A DNA stretch of 64,000 nucleotides, from NCBI GenBank assembly GCA_964436255.1, contig CAYTBW010000002.1:616-64615 (forward strand), written 5' to 3'. The DNA is from an uncultured Candidatus Saccharibacteria bacterium (lineage in GTDB: Bacteria; Patescibacteriota; Saccharimonadia; CAILAD01; JADZBC01). A program made the position numbers and the translations under genes. The notes under the pieces were generated by a model. That model was not told the origin of the DNA. It did not search any database and worked only from the letters and a program-made list of their open reading frames with translations. Position 1 is the stretch's first letter. Each line of letters starts with the position of its first letter. Of the stretch, positions 1 through 9,754 are shown piece by piece.

Positions 1-31
1 CATCAGGATAATATTACTTAAGGGGACTTAT

Positions 32-2089
32 ATGACAAACAAAAAACATTCGGCAGGTAGTAGTACTTTGCTTCAATCACCACGTAAGCGTAGCAAGTGG
101 CTACTAGCTCCGTTCATTGCTCTTTTTGCACTCTTCGGGGCTGTAATAATCTTGCGCAGTTTTGCTTCTACTCCCCCAACAGATCCTAACGACGTTGTGC
201 GTGGCGGTTTTAGCACTGCTAGCACGAAGGCTGCACAAGACGACATGATCAGAAAGCTGAACAGTAGCGCACCAGAAAATAAGGGGGCCAAGCAGCTCTT
301 CGCTTACTTCGGTATTACCGATGCTGAGATTCGAGCATCCAGGTTGATCCCTGGGATCAACCCCCAAACTTCTGGTTACGCAAACTGGCTTTCATTCGGG
401 CGTACACAGCGTCCAGGCTCGACACCACTAACTGTCGGTGGCGCAACTTTTTGGTCTAAGCCCGTCAAGAACGCCTGGGTAGCAGGTACAACGCAGACTC
501 AACCGGTCTTAAAGGGTAAAACAAAGGATGGTCGCGAGTTCATTGTACATGCAGAATGTGGCAACTTGGTTATGCCAAGCCTGCGACCCTTCCAGGCGAA
601 TCCTAATGCCACTATTGTAAAGAAGGCCATCTCTCCTGCGAACGGAGCTACGGTAAAGCCTAATGACGTCGTTAAGTACCAGTTGATCGCAAAAAGCACC
701 GGCAACACCAACGCCTATGTGGTTGTGGCAGACAGGCTACCAATCGGCACTACGTATGTAAGTGCGACCGTAGACACTGGTAACGCATTGCCATTAGAGA
801 CGAAAGTGGAGAACAACCGAACGGTATACAGATGGGCAAATTATGGCTTAGCTCCAGGGAGTGAAATTCGAATTACGTTGACGGTGAAAGTGAACGCAGA
901 TGTGAAAAGTGGGTTCTGCAACACGGCATATGTTACGTGGGTTCAGGGCCAAACTTTACCTGCCAAATCTGCTGATATTTGCCATAACTTAGGGACGCCA
1001 ATCCTAAAGGTAGAAAAGAGCTCTGATGTGCCTGCAGGCAACCCTGTAAAGACTGGCGATGTAATTACTTACAATGTAGTTGGTAGTAACACCGGAGTTG
1101 CAAACTCACTTAATGCAGCAATATGGGATGGTGTTCAGGATAATGGCTGGTACGAGTTTGTCGAAATAGGCCCACTAAAGCGCGGGAATACTGTAGTGCC
1201 TGACTCGGAGATTGCAGAAAAGGTTGTTGCTAAGCCTAGCCAAGGCTACAAGTACTGGGGCTACACCCTCAAGGCATTGAAGCCACAAGAGAGCGTAGGA
1301 TTCACGATTAAGTTCCGCATTAAGCAGGCTGAAAACACCGCACTCAAGATGTGCAACTTGGCAATAATTGCTGACAGCCGACCATCGCCATTTGGGGTCT
1401 GGGGCTACGATGAGGTTTGTCATACCTCCGAAGGTGTAGAAAAGTCAAAATCTGCCATCTTCTTAAATCGCAAAGGTACTGACGGAAAGCCTCTTCCTGC
1501 AGACGGGAAGAACGTGGCAAAAGCCGGGGATGAGATCCAATATATCTTGAATACTAAGAATCTAGGGACCAAAAAGCTAACAGGGTATGAAATTGTAGAA
1601 GATCTGAAGGATGTTCTCGAGTACGCTGATGTTACCGACAATGGCGGTGGAACGCTTGCTGACGGAATACTGAAGTGGAAAATAGACATAGATGCTGGCA
1701 AGACAGACGTGCGCATGTTCAAAGTCAAGGTCAAGAGCCCAATTCCAAACTTAGCTCCAAAAACTAGCTCTCCTGGATCTTACGATTATAAAATGATCAA
1801 TATCTACGGCAATACTGTAGAGATTCCAGTAGATAAGCCGCTTACCCAAACGATCATAGACACTCTGCCGCAAACCGGGGCTCTAGGATTCCTCATGATA
1901 CCCCTTGTGCTGGCAACCCTAATGCTCCTTGCCTATACGAGTGGGGTGTTTGGCCACGGAAGGGCTAAGAGCACTTCGTCTAACACCCAGACAGCCGGGC
2001 AACCGTCTTCAGTGCACCAGCCGGGTGATCAGTTCCATCCTGAAGAAAAGGCTACAAAGGATGCACGCACGAATCATCCAAAAGCATAA
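32..2089 (+). CDS. Cell-surface protein with about 3 DUF11/isopeptide-type Ig-like domains and an LPQTG sorting signal
   Basis: N-terminal hydrophobic helix; repeated 'xxKxx..VKxGDVIxYxxxxxNTG' domain starts; C-terminal LPQTG followed by a TM helix and tail. Confidence 0.75.
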   Translation: MTNKKHSAGSSTLLQSPRKRSKWLLAPFIALFALFGAVIILRSFASTPPTDPNDVVRGGFSTASTKAAQDDMIRKLNSSAPENKGAKQLFAYFGITDAEIRASRLIPGINPQTSGYANWLSFGRTQRPGSTPLTVGGATFWSKPVKNAWVAGTTQTQPVLKGKTKDGREFIVHAECGNLVMPSLRPFQANPNATIVKKAISPANGATVKPNDVVKYQLIAKSTGNTNAYVVVADRLPIGTTYVSATVDTGNALPLETKVENNRTVYRWANYGLAPGSEIRITLTVKVNADVKSGFCNTAYVTWVQGQTLPAKSADICHNLGTPILKVEKSSDVPAGNPVKTGDVITYNVVGSNTGVANSLNAAIWDGVQDNGWYEFVEIGPLKRGNTVVPDSEIAEKVVAKPSQGYKYWGYTLKALKPQESVGFTIKFRIKQAENTALKMCNLAIIADSRPSPFGVWGYDEVCHTSEGVEKSKSAIFLNRKGTDGKPLPADGKNVAKAGDEIQYILNTKNLGTKKLTGYEIVEDLKDVLEYADVTDNGGGTLADGILKWKIDIDAGKTDVRMFKVKVKSPIPNLAPKTSSPGSYDYKMINIYGNTVEIPVDKPLTQTIIDTLPQTGALGFLMIPLVLATLMLLAYTSGVFGHGRAKSTSSNTQTAGQPSSVHQPGDQFHPEEKATKDARTNHPKA

Positions 2090-2101
2090 GGGTACTACGT
2101 T

Positions 2102-3289
2102 ATGCCAAGACCAACACAAAAACAAAAAACAATAAAGCCAAGAATTGCGCCTAAGGCCGCGGGCCTTGCTGCCGCAAAAAAGTCCATAAAGTTCCGCTTA
2201 CCCTCCGCACTACTTGCGGCCGCTGTATTGGCGATTGTCGGGATAGCCTATGTTTTATTAACAAATGCCAGTACTAAGCCATACTCCAGGCTAGACTGCA
2301 CCTATGCAAAAGCCTATATGGGCGCAAAAGGCGATAGTAACTTAGAAAAGAAGAATGCTTGTCTAGATAAGAGTGCCGAAGCCATGGTGGCGAAGATACA
2401 CACAGCTATTTTCGGGCGTGATATCGCAGCTAATCAGGCTAGTTATAAGAAGTGGTCTGAGGTTTACATCGGTTTGCGTAAGGCCCCAGCAACGGAGTTC
2501 GCCAATAAATTACTGACAACCCCAGAGGCGAAAAGTGGTTACTGGAAGCTTTCAAATGGCGGGAAGATTGACAGATTATACCTGAACTTACTTGGACGTT
2601 CGGTCGACACGAAGGGAAGAGAGTTCTGGCTCAATTATCTGTTGCGGAACAAGTCCTCTAAGACAATCGCCGCGTTTGTAAGTTCTCCTGCCGTTGTTGC
2701 CAAACAGAGGCCAAGCGTAGCCGCAAGTTTAGCTACATTGCCTACGACATATCGACCCGAAGCTAGTCCATGCAAGAACGGCTTGAATGCGGCAGAGTGC
2801 AAAGCATTTGTGCAGGCAGTCCAGAGGTCAAAGGGCGAGAGGTGCAAACAGTATCCTTTGGGTGGTAATACCACTCCACTTTGCAAGCCAGGTTCAGCTG
2901 GAGCTGTGGGCGATGTGCTCGTTGAGCGCGGGATCGATGGCAGCAATGTTAATCTAAATAAGGCTGCAGCTGATAAATTCAAGGCCATGCGGCAGGCTGC
3001 CCGCCGCGAAGCTGGTATCTCTATTGAAGCTGCTGATGAGCTGGGAGGAGGGTATGGGAGTTATCGTACTCAAGCTATGCAGACCGAGCTAGTACGCAGA
3101 GGCTATCCTGCTGCCCCTGTAGGCCGCTCAATGCATCAATGGGGGCTAGCAATCGACTTTGCGTGCAATGGTAAGAAGTTTAACTCCTCTGGGGCTACGT
3201 GTCAGAATTGGATCAAGCGTAATGCTGGTAGATTTGGGTTTTATAACTTGCCTAGTGAACCTTGGCATTATTCTACTAACGGCAAGTAG
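2102..3289 (+). CDS. Exported DUF4214-like domain protein with a C-terminal M15 (VanY-like D,D-carboxypeptidase) domain
   Basis: TM helix; 'LYLNLLGRSVDTKGREFW' (DUF4214-like); SYRT, SMHQWGLAIDF and EPWHY M15 motifs. Confidence 0.8.
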   Translation: MPRPTQKQKTIKPRIAPKAAGLAAAKKSIKFRLPSALLAAAVLAIVGIAYVLLTNASTKPYSRLDCTYAKAYMGAKGDSNLEKKNACLDKSAEAMVAKIHTAIFGRDIAANQASYKKWSEVYIGLRKAPATEFANKLLTTPEAKSGYWKLSNGGKIDRLYLNLLGRSVDTKGREFWLNYLLRNKSSKTIAAFVSSPAVVAKQRPSVAASLATLPTTYRPEASPCKNGLNAAECKAFVQAVQRSKGERCKQYPLGGNTTPLCKPGSAGAVGDVLVERGIDGSNVNLNKAAADKFKAMRQAARREAGISIEAADELGGGYGSYRTQAMQTELVRRGYPAAPVGRSMHQWGLAIDFACNGKKFNSSGATCQNWIKRNAGRFGFYNLPSEPWHYSTNGK

Positions 3290-3292
3290 GCC

Positions 3293-3799
3293 TTAATCCC
3301 GGGGTTGTGCAAGTGCGTATAAGGCAATAGCACCCGCTACGCTAACATTGAGAGAGTTTTTTTGCCCACGCATCGGAATTTCTATAATGTGATCTGCAAG
3401 CGACAAGACGTCACTGCTAAGACCATCAACCTCGCTACCCAAGACCAGTGCTGCGTCCTTGCCACAAGTGGCCTCATTTAGTCTTTCCGTGTCCGGAACG
3501 TTGTTTTCCAAGCAGTAGATTTCATACCCTCGTGCCTTCAGTTCTCGAACGATTGAGCTAGCATCGTCCCGGTGCTCAAAAGAGACACCATCTTCTGCCC
3601 CAAGCGCTGTTTTACGTATCTCTTTAACATTTGAGCGGATAACGTGCTCAGGACGGGGGTCATTGTCTGTTCTTGGGTAGGGAGTGATTCCACACACATA
3701 TATCATATCAATACCAAGTCCATCGCAGGTTCGCATGAGCGACCCTACATTGTGTCCAGAACGAATATTATCTAGAACGAGTACCAACCTAGCCTTCAT
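3293..3799 (-). CDS. TrmH/SpoU-family RNA methyltransferase
   Basis: LVLDNIRSGHNVGS, LVLGSEVDGL and IPMRGQKNSLNVSVA motifs. Confidence 0.93.
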   Translation of the reverse strand: MKARLVLVLDNIRSGHNVGSLMRTCDGLGIDMIYVCGITPYPRTDNDPRPEHVIRSNVKEIRKTALGAEDGVSFEHRDDASSIVRELKARGYEIYCLENNVPDTERLNEATCGKDAALVLGSEVDGLSSDVLSLADHIIEIPMRGQKNSLNVSVAGAIALYALAQPRD

Positions 3800-3864
3800 A
3801 GCAATATTGTCTCATATTGACGCGCAATAGGAAAAAGGTTATGCTGTAGGCAAGAACTAACCTT

Positions 3865-5082
3865 ATGGCAACAAAGCAAACAAAAAAGAAGAAGAAGACC
3901 TCGAAAAAGACTCCTTTGCTCGCAAAGAATAGGTTTAATTTACCAACTCTCATCGCTCTTGTTGGGGTGCTCTCGATGGTCGGTTACTATGTGCTCACTA
4001 CGTTTGCTGCCGGACCTGCTAGATTAAGCCCGAATTGCCCCGCAAGCGTCAGTAACGACACTGGGTATGCTTGTTATAGAGACAGTGCCGAAGGGTGGGC
4101 CACCAGGCTATTTATGACAATGTATGACCGGTCCCCTGATGGGACCAAGACTGCCGCGGGCGTTGCTACTGGGGGAGGGTACAAGTATTGGTCTGAGCAG
4201 ATAAGCGCTAAAGGGGTTGGCGCCTCCGCGGTGTCCATGTACACCGTTGCAGGAACTACTGACAAGGCCAGATTTAACAATTACACGCCCGAGCAAAAAG
4301 CTCAGGTGTTGTATACGCGTGCATTGGGGAGGAACGCTGACGCTGCGGGTATTGCATACTGGAAGCAACGTTTTGCCTCCGAACCTGCGGGAAATGTTGT
4401 TGTGGCGTTCTTGTCGCAAAACGAACCTAAAACTTTCAATAAAACTCTGAGCGTTAAGGTTTTGAATTTTATGAGGCCTGGCTGGAATACCACCACTACC
4501 CAGCCCCCTGTTGTTGTGAACCCACCGCAGCCGCCGGAAGAACCGGAGGAGCCGGAAGAGCCAGCATACAACCCAGCACCCGAGCAACCTCAATATGGGG
4601 GAGTCGATAATCCAGACTACAGCTTCGTGATACCAGATGACGGGTCAATTGGCGGAGGAACAGATGCTTTGCCGGAGCTGGGAGAGGTTAGCCTGGATGA
4701 CCTGTCAGGAGCCAGCGAAGATGACATAAGCAAGATCATTGAAGAGAAGACGCAATCGAGCGGAGACGGCCTTGATAGCGAAGCTGCAGCTAGGTCGTAT
4801 GGCGGAAAGCTCAAGATTCTGCCCCCCGAAGAGGCCATTGCTAATGGCGCGAATGAACTGCGCTACTACATAAACGGTAAACTCAAAGCTACCGTTAAAA
4901 AGGCTCCATATGCCTACACGCTTGATTCTACCCGAATGAAGAATGGGCGCTACGTTCTCTCGATCGTCCCATATCAGGATGGCGAGAAGCTGGATGAATA
5001 TAGCTACGTACTGAGCGTGAAGAATACGCTGACCTTCTGGCAGAAGATCTACAACCTCATTAGCTCACCATTTGCCAAATAG
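3865..5082 (+). CDS. Exported DUF4214-like protein with a Pro/Glu-rich linker and a C-terminal Ig-like domain
   Basis: TM helix; 'LYTRALGRNADAAGIAYW'; PEEPEEPEEP linker; 'YYINGK..APYAYTLDST..NGRYVL' Ig-like motif. Confidence 0.65.
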   Translation: MATKQTKKKKKTSKKTPLLAKNRFNLPTLIALVGVLSMVGYYVLTTFAAGPARLSPNCPASVSNDTGYACYRDSAEGWATRLFMTMYDRSPDGTKTAAGVATGGGYKYWSEQISAKGVGASAVSMYTVAGTTDKARFNNYTPEQKAQVLYTRALGRNADAAGIAYWKQRFASEPAGNVVVAFLSQNEPKTFNKTLSVKVLNFMRPGWNTTTTQPPVVVNPPQPPEEPEEPEEPAYNPAPEQPQYGGVDNPDYSFVIPDDGSIGGGTDALPELGEVSLDDLSGASEDDISKIIEEKTQSSGDGLDSEAAARSYGGKLKILPPEEAIANGANELRYYINGKLKATVKKAPYAYTLDSTRMKNGRYVLSIVPYQDGEKLDEYSYVLSVKNTLTFWQKIYNLISSPFAK

Positions 5083-5102
5083 AAAAGCAAGCACAAAAGG
5101 TA

Positions 5103-5131
5103 TTGACTTTATAAGCATAAGCTGCTAGAAT
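5103..5131 (+). promoter_or_regulatory. Sigma70-type promoter of the KGG gene
   Basis: TTGACT-17 bp-TAGAAT. Confidence 0.7.
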
Positions 5132-5222
5132 AACAAAGTTATAATAACCTTGAGTTTAATGAAGCGTTATTGGTAGGGTTAACCTTTGTTCAAACTCCAA
5201 CTGTAACAAGAAGGAGAAAACA

Positions 5223-5414
5223 ATGGCAGGAACGAAATTAGGCGGTGTATTGGCCGCAGAGACCAACAAGAAGCGTTACGGTAGCGAATTCTACCGTGAA
5301 ATCGGTCGTAAGGGTGGCCAGAAAAGCCGTAATGGTGGATTTGCTGCCAACCCTGCACTAGCTCGTGAAGCTGGTCGTAAGGGCGGCTTGAGCAAAAAGA
5401 AGAAGACCGCTTAA
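5223..5414 (+). CDS. KGG-repeat general stress protein
   Basis: FYREIGRKGG and AREAGRKGG motifs; SD AAGGAG upstream. Confidence 0.85.
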   Translation: MAGTKLGGVLAAETNKKRYGSEFYREIGRKGGQKSRNGGFAANPALAREAGRKGGLSKKKKTA

Positions 5415-5425
5415 CCAAGTAGTCT

Positions 5426-5461
5426 ATACCAAAAAAGGACCCTCGGGTCCTTTTTTGGTAT
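5426..5461. terminator. Bidirectional intrinsic terminator
   Basis: ataccaaaaaaggaccc-tc-gggtccttttttggtat between convergent genes. Confidence 0.9.
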
Positions 5462-5467
5462 GCAGAA

Positions 5468-5917
5468 TTAGCCTAGAACAGTAAGGGTGATGGCGTCGTG
5501 CGGGTTGGAGCTCGCCTGCCATTTGCAGCCACATAGGAAGCAGCGGAAGTTGTGAGGATCTTTTGCGCCTGGTAGGCAGAAGTTTTTACAGTGCGGGCAT
5601 GATGATCGCGCACTAAGCCAGTGATCATAGGTGTCGATACAGGATTGGATATATGCATCATTCACCTGCACGCCATGCTCGATACATAAGCGCTTCGTTA
5701 AGTGCCAGGCCTGCGCTTCCATGATGAGAAGCTCAAAGTCGTTCGCAAAGGTAAAATGTCCAAGTTCTGCATGGCTAATTTCGTGGAGCAGGGATAATCT
5801 GCCTTCGTTTGATCTCAGCTCGTTTTCGTCATAATGAATCAGCTCCTCGCTTGCGTCAAATGCGAAGTAGCCAGATGGCACAAAGCTGTAGTTTGGATAA
5901 CTCTGAATAATATCCAT
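5468..5917 (-). CDS. ImmA/IrrE-like HExxH metallopeptidase with a C-terminal Zn ribbon
   Basis: LLHEISHAELGH..E..AW; CPHC..CFLC; SD GGAGG before ATG at 5917. Confidence 0.65.
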   Translation of the reverse strand: MDIIQSYPNYSFVPSGYFAFDASEELIHYDENELRSNEGRLSLLHEISHAELGHFTFANDFELLIMEAQAWHLTKRLCIEHGVQVNDAYIQSCIDTYDHWLSARSSCPHCKNFCLPGAKDPHNFRCFLCGCKWQASSNPHDAITLTVLG

Positions 5918-6043
5918 GCTCACCCTCCGTTTGTAGCTATTATGCGCCAAGGGCTACAGGGCTGCAAGCTACAAAGGCCATGAGTTTGCCCAGGAAAGGG
6001 TAAAATGTACCACAATCCCGAGCAAGCTCACGACCTTTTATAT

Positions 6044-6072
6044 ATAGTATCATCATGAGCATAAATTGTCAA
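6044..6072 (-). promoter_or_regulatory. Promoter of the metallopeptidase gene
   Basis: TTGACA-17 bp-TACTAT on the minus strand. Confidence 0.75.
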
Positions 6073-6155
6073 TACTGATCGAGCCTACCAGTCCAATCGG
6101 GTACTTGCACAAGCGCCCCCCTAGTACTACACTAGCGGCAAAGGGGAGAAAGTGT

Positions 6156-6536
6156 ATGAATCGTTCACCGGCCATTAGGTTTTTAGCGGCAGCGCTACTT
6201 ATAGTATTTATTGTGGTTGCAACGTTTATGTATGGAAACGCTCAACGTGCTAAGCAGGAGCAGTCCAAGGAACAGGCAAAAGTAGAGGAAGTACAGAAGC
6301 AAAGTGAGCAGAAGCGAGAGGATCAGAAAGACCAGGGCCAGCAGGCCACTCAGACACTTCCGGCTGAGAGCCTAGAGCCAACTTCTTTGCCATCCGCAAG
6401 TACTTCGACAGTCGTTCCAGAGGTAACTCAGATCCCTACTACTGGTGGATCGGGCTCACTAAGCTTCGTACTGGCCGTTCTGGTACTATCGGCTCTTGGG
6501 TGCCTAGCGCGCCGCAGGCGGCTGGTTGCTGCATAG
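6156..6536 (+). CDS. Small membrane/surface protein with an LPXTG-like IPTTG signal
   Basis: N-terminal TM; Q/E-rich and S/T/P-rich linker; IPTTG followed by TM and RRRR tail. Confidence 0.65.
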   Translation: MNRSPAIRFLAAALLIVFIVVATFMYGNAQRAKQEQSKEQAKVEEVQKQSEQKREDQKDQGQQATQTLPAESLEPTSLPSASTSTVVPEVTQIPTTGGSGSLSFVLAVLVLSALGCLARRRRLVAA

Positions 6537-6667
6537 GCTGCAAGTGCTGCTTGTCTTTACACTCTCCCGTATTTAAGGTATAATTCTTAGGAAATTTGGC
6601 CGTGAATCGGTCAAGGCCAGGCTCTGCGCGTTAGCGTAAATCCAAATGTCTGGTAAAGGAGAATATA

Positions 6668-7759
6668 GTGTCAACAAACAACCAAATCATGGCTGATCTT
6701 TTAGCCACTCATGAAATTAAAAACTTAACCCAAGGCGAACTTGTAGAAGGAACAGTCATTACTGCTGAAAAGCACGAAGTGTGGCTTGACCTCGGCATGT
6801 ACGGTACTGGCGTGGTTATGGGCCGCGAGCTCGAACAAGGCGCAGGGTCTATCAAAGAGGGTGATGTGCTAAGCGTTTCAGTTCTAGAGCCAGAGGCGCC
6901 AGAGGGGTATGCTATTCTGAGCCTCAAGAAAGTTGCTAAAGAAAAGGGCTGGGAATTGCTCGAAGAACGCTTCAAGGAAGGCGAAGTCTTTGGAATCATT
7001 CCATTCGACGCCAACAAGGGTGGCCTTCTGATCGAAATCGAAGGTATTCGAGGCTTCCTGCCCGTTTCTCAACTATCTGCAGAGAACTACCCACGCGTAA
7101 CCGGTGCAGATAAAGATGAAATCCTACACCGACTAAACAGCATCGTAAGTCGTACCCTGATGGTCCGCATCCTTGATCTAGACCGTAAGCAGAACAAGCT
7201 GATCGTGTCTGAAAAGGCAGCTCAACGCGAATTCACTGAAAGCAAGATTGCTAACTTCAAGGCTGGCGACAAGGTTAAGGGCGTCGTGACTGGCGTAGTG
7301 GACTTTGGTATCTTCGTGAATGTTGAGGGTATCGAAGGGCTTGTTCATATCTCCGAGATCGCTTGGGACCGTGTGGATAATCCTTCTAAGTACGTAAAGG
7401 TTGGCCAAGAAGTCGAAGCCCTAATAATCTCAATTGACCAGGAAAAGCTATCGCTTTCTATGAAGCAGCTTACGCCAGACCCATGGGTTAAAGAGATTGC
7501 TCAGTACAAAGTCGGCGATAAGGTAGACGGTAAGATTACCCGCATAACGCCATTTGGCGCGTTCGTGCAGGTTACTCCGGTAATCGAAGCCCTCGTGCAT
7601 ATCTCTGAGCTCGCAGATGAACACGTAGCAGATCCTGCTAGCCACGTTGAGCTAGGCGAGACGAAGCAGTTCACTATCATCGGCATTGACGAGGCTCAGC
7701 ACAAGTTGTCTTTAAGCCTCAAGGCCAAGGCCGCTAAAGCTAGCACCAAAGAGGACTAA
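6668..7759 (+). CDS. rpsA: 30S ribosomal protein S1 (4 S1 domains)
   Basis: GFLPVSQL, FGIFVNVEGIEGLVHISE and FGAFV..ALVHISEL repeats. Confidence 0.96.
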   Translation: MSTNNQIMADLLATHEIKNLTQGELVEGTVITAEKHEVWLDLGMYGTGVVMGRELEQGAGSIKEGDVLSVSVLEPEAPEGYAILSLKKVAKEKGWELLEERFKEGEVFGIIPFDANKGGLLIEIEGIRGFLPVSQLSAENYPRVTGADKDEILHRLNSIVSRTLMVRILDLDRKQNKLIVSEKAAQREFTESKIANFKAGDKVKGVVTGVVDFGIFVNVEGIEGLVHISEIAWDRVDNPSKYVKVGQEVEALIISIDQEKLSLSMKQLTPDPWVKEIAQYKVGDKVDGKITRITPFGAFVQVTPVIEALVHISELADEHVADPASHVELGETKQFTIIGIDEAQHKLSLSLKAKAAKASTKED

Positions 7760-7762
7760 GCC

Positions 7763-7981
7763 GTGGCCGAGACTCGTCATACTCCGTTAAGGACATGTCG
7801 AGTCTGCCGGGCGAAGAAGCCCAAGGCCGAGCTGGAGCGGTGGGTGATCGCACCTGACGGGCTTACCCTCGATAGCACGAAGACTTTGCCAGGCCGAGGG
7901 CACTACAGTTGTCGCAGCGGTTGTAGCACGCAAATCCACACTAAAGTGAGAATCACGCAGAAGAAAGACAAGAGGACATAG
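7763..7981 (+). CDS. ylxR: YlxR/RnpM family RNA-binding protein
   Basis: PLRTCRVCR..K.EL.R, GRGHY.C; lies directly upstream of infB. Confidence 0.85.
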   Translation: MAETRHTPLRTCRVCRAKKPKAELERWVIAPDGLTLDSTKTLPGRGHYSCRSGCSTQIHTKVRITQKKDKRT

Positions 7982-9754
7982 ATGGAGCAAGACGACAAGA
8001 AGCAGATTGAGATTCCAGAAGTAGTGGCGGTAAGCGATTTTGCGCAGCGGCTCGGCTTGGGCGTTGCCCAGGTGGTGGGTGAACTTATGAAGAATGGCGT
8101 AATGGCCACCGTGAATGAAAATATTGATTTCGATACTGCCTCGATCATCGCAGGAGAGCTTGGTTTTGACATTGTTCCAGAGCCAAAGGAGGCCGAGGCT
8201 CGTCCTAGCCAATCGCTTGAGCAAACTGAAGAAAAGTCAGACGAGGAGGTGCGCCCGCCGATCGTAGCTGTAATGGGGCACGTTGACCACGGAAAGACGT
8301 CCCTATTGGACGCTATCCGTGAGAGCGATGTGGCATCTTCTGAGGCCGGTGGCATCACTCAGCATATCGGTGCCTACCAGGTGACGAAAAACGATCGTAG
8401 AATTACCTTCCTTGATACCCCAGGGCACGAAGCCTTCTCGGCTATTCGCGCTCACGGTGCTCGTATGACCGACGTTGCAATTATTGTAGTGGCCGGGGAC
8501 GACGGTGTTAAGCCTCAGACCAAAGAAGCCATTAACCATGCCAAGGATGCCGGTGTGGCGATCGTGGTTGCAATTAACAAGATGGATAAAGCTGATGCCG
8601 ACGTCAACCGCGTTAAGCAGGAGCTGAGCGAGATTGGTATTTTGGCTGACGACTGGGGCGGAGACGTGCCATGCGTAGAAGTCTCTGCTAAAACGCACGA
8701 TGGCATCACGAAGCTCCTGGACGTTGTTTTGCTTGTAGCCGATATCGCCGACCAAAAGGCCATTTTTACTGGCGCGGCAAGCGGTGTGGTTATTGAATCT
8801 CATCTTGAAACAGGTCGCGGCCCTGTAGTAACACTTTTGATCCAGAAGGGTACGTTGCGCACGGGAGACAGTTTGGTCGTAGGTACTACATATGGGAAGG
8901 TACGTAGCTTAGAAGACTATCGTGGGCGTAAGCTCAAAGAAGCGACTCCGGCTATGCCAGTAGTTGTTTCCGGTATCCGCGAAGTACCGAACTTCGGCGA
9001 GTGGTTCGAAGTAGTTTCTTCCGAGAAGGTAGCCAAGGACTGGGTTGCAAAGCAGGCTCGTAAGCAAAGTATTAAGAGTCTTACCAACACAAAGACGGTT
9101 ACGTCGCAAGACCTTAATCGGGCTGTAGTCGATGGTCAGGTAAAAGAGCTGGCAGTGCTGGTAAAGGCTGACGTACAGGGGTCGCTCGAGTCGTTGATTG
9201 ATAGCTTGAACCAGATTGGTAACGAAGAAGTCCGCGTCAAAGTAGTTTCGTCTGGTGTGGGTGACATTTCAGAGAGCGACGTTAACGCAGCCGATGCTGG
9301 TAACGCGATTATCCTTGGCTTTAATGTTAGTATTAAGGCCGCAGTAAACCAGCTCGCCAAGCGTAGCAAGGTGGATTTCCACCTATACAAAGTGATCTAT
9401 GAGTTGCTCGATGATATTCGTGATTGGCTTTCGAGCTTACTCCCGCCAGAGATCATCGAGATTGAACTCGCTCGCCTTGAGGTACTAGGGATCTTCAAGA
9501 CAACTAAAACCCAGATTATTACCGGGGGACGGGTGACTAGTGGTCAGCTACAATCAGGCATGACTGCCCGTATTTTACGTAAAGGCGAAGAAGTCGGTGC
9601 CGGTAAGGTTTCAAACCTACAGAAGGAAAAGCAGATAGCCCGTGAGGCCAACGAGGGTGATGAGTGTGGAATATCGCTTGATACTACCGACGCGCTTGAG
9701 CTTGGTGACGAACTCGTGTTCTACCGAATAGAAGAAAAGGCTCGCAAACTCTAA
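7982..9754 (+). CDS. infB: Translation initiation factor IF-2 (short N-terminus)
   Basis: RPPIVAVMGHVDHGKTSLLD, GGITQHIGAY, DTPGHEAF. Confidence 0.98.
   Translation: MEQDDKKQIEIPEVVAVSDFAQRLGLGVAQVVGELMKNGVMATVNENIDFDTASIIAGELGFDIVPEPKEAEARPSQSLEQTEEKSDEEVRPPIVAVMGHVDHGKTSLLDAIRESDVASSEAGGITQHIGAYQVTKNDRRITFLDTPGHEAFSAIRAHGARMTDVAIIVVAGDDGVKPQTKEAINHAKDAGVAIVVAINKMDKADADVNRVKQELSEIGILADDWGGDVPCVEVSAKTHDGITKLLDVVLLVADIADQKAIFTGAASGVVIESHLETGRGPVVTLLIQKGTLRTGDSLVVGTTYGKVRSLEDYRGRKLKEATPAMPVVVSGIREVPNFGEWFEVVSSEKVAKDWVAKQARKQSIKSLTNTKTVTSQDLNRAVVDGQVKELAVLVKADVQGSLESLIDSLNQIGNEEVRVKVVSSGVGDISESDVNAADAGNAIILGFNVSIKAAVNQLAKRSKVDFHLYKVIYELLDDIRDWLSSLLPPEIIEIELARLEVLGIFKTTKTQIITGGRVTSGQLQSGMTARILRKGEEVGAGKVSNLQKEKQIAREANEGDECGISLDTTDALELGDELVFYRIEEKARKL

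Noticed and set aside
4530-4565. 9-nt tandem repeat ccggaagaa/ccggaggag
   Set aside because: Pro-Glu-Glu coding linker, not an array
5132-5222. Possible pseudoknot in the KGG gene leader (gagttt/aaactc)
   Set aside because: Short AU-rich competing pairings, partly upstream of the predicted TSS
6034-6050. NrdR-box-like tatatatagtat
   Set aside because: Only a half match, single copy, overlaps a -10 box, and no nrd gene is adjacent
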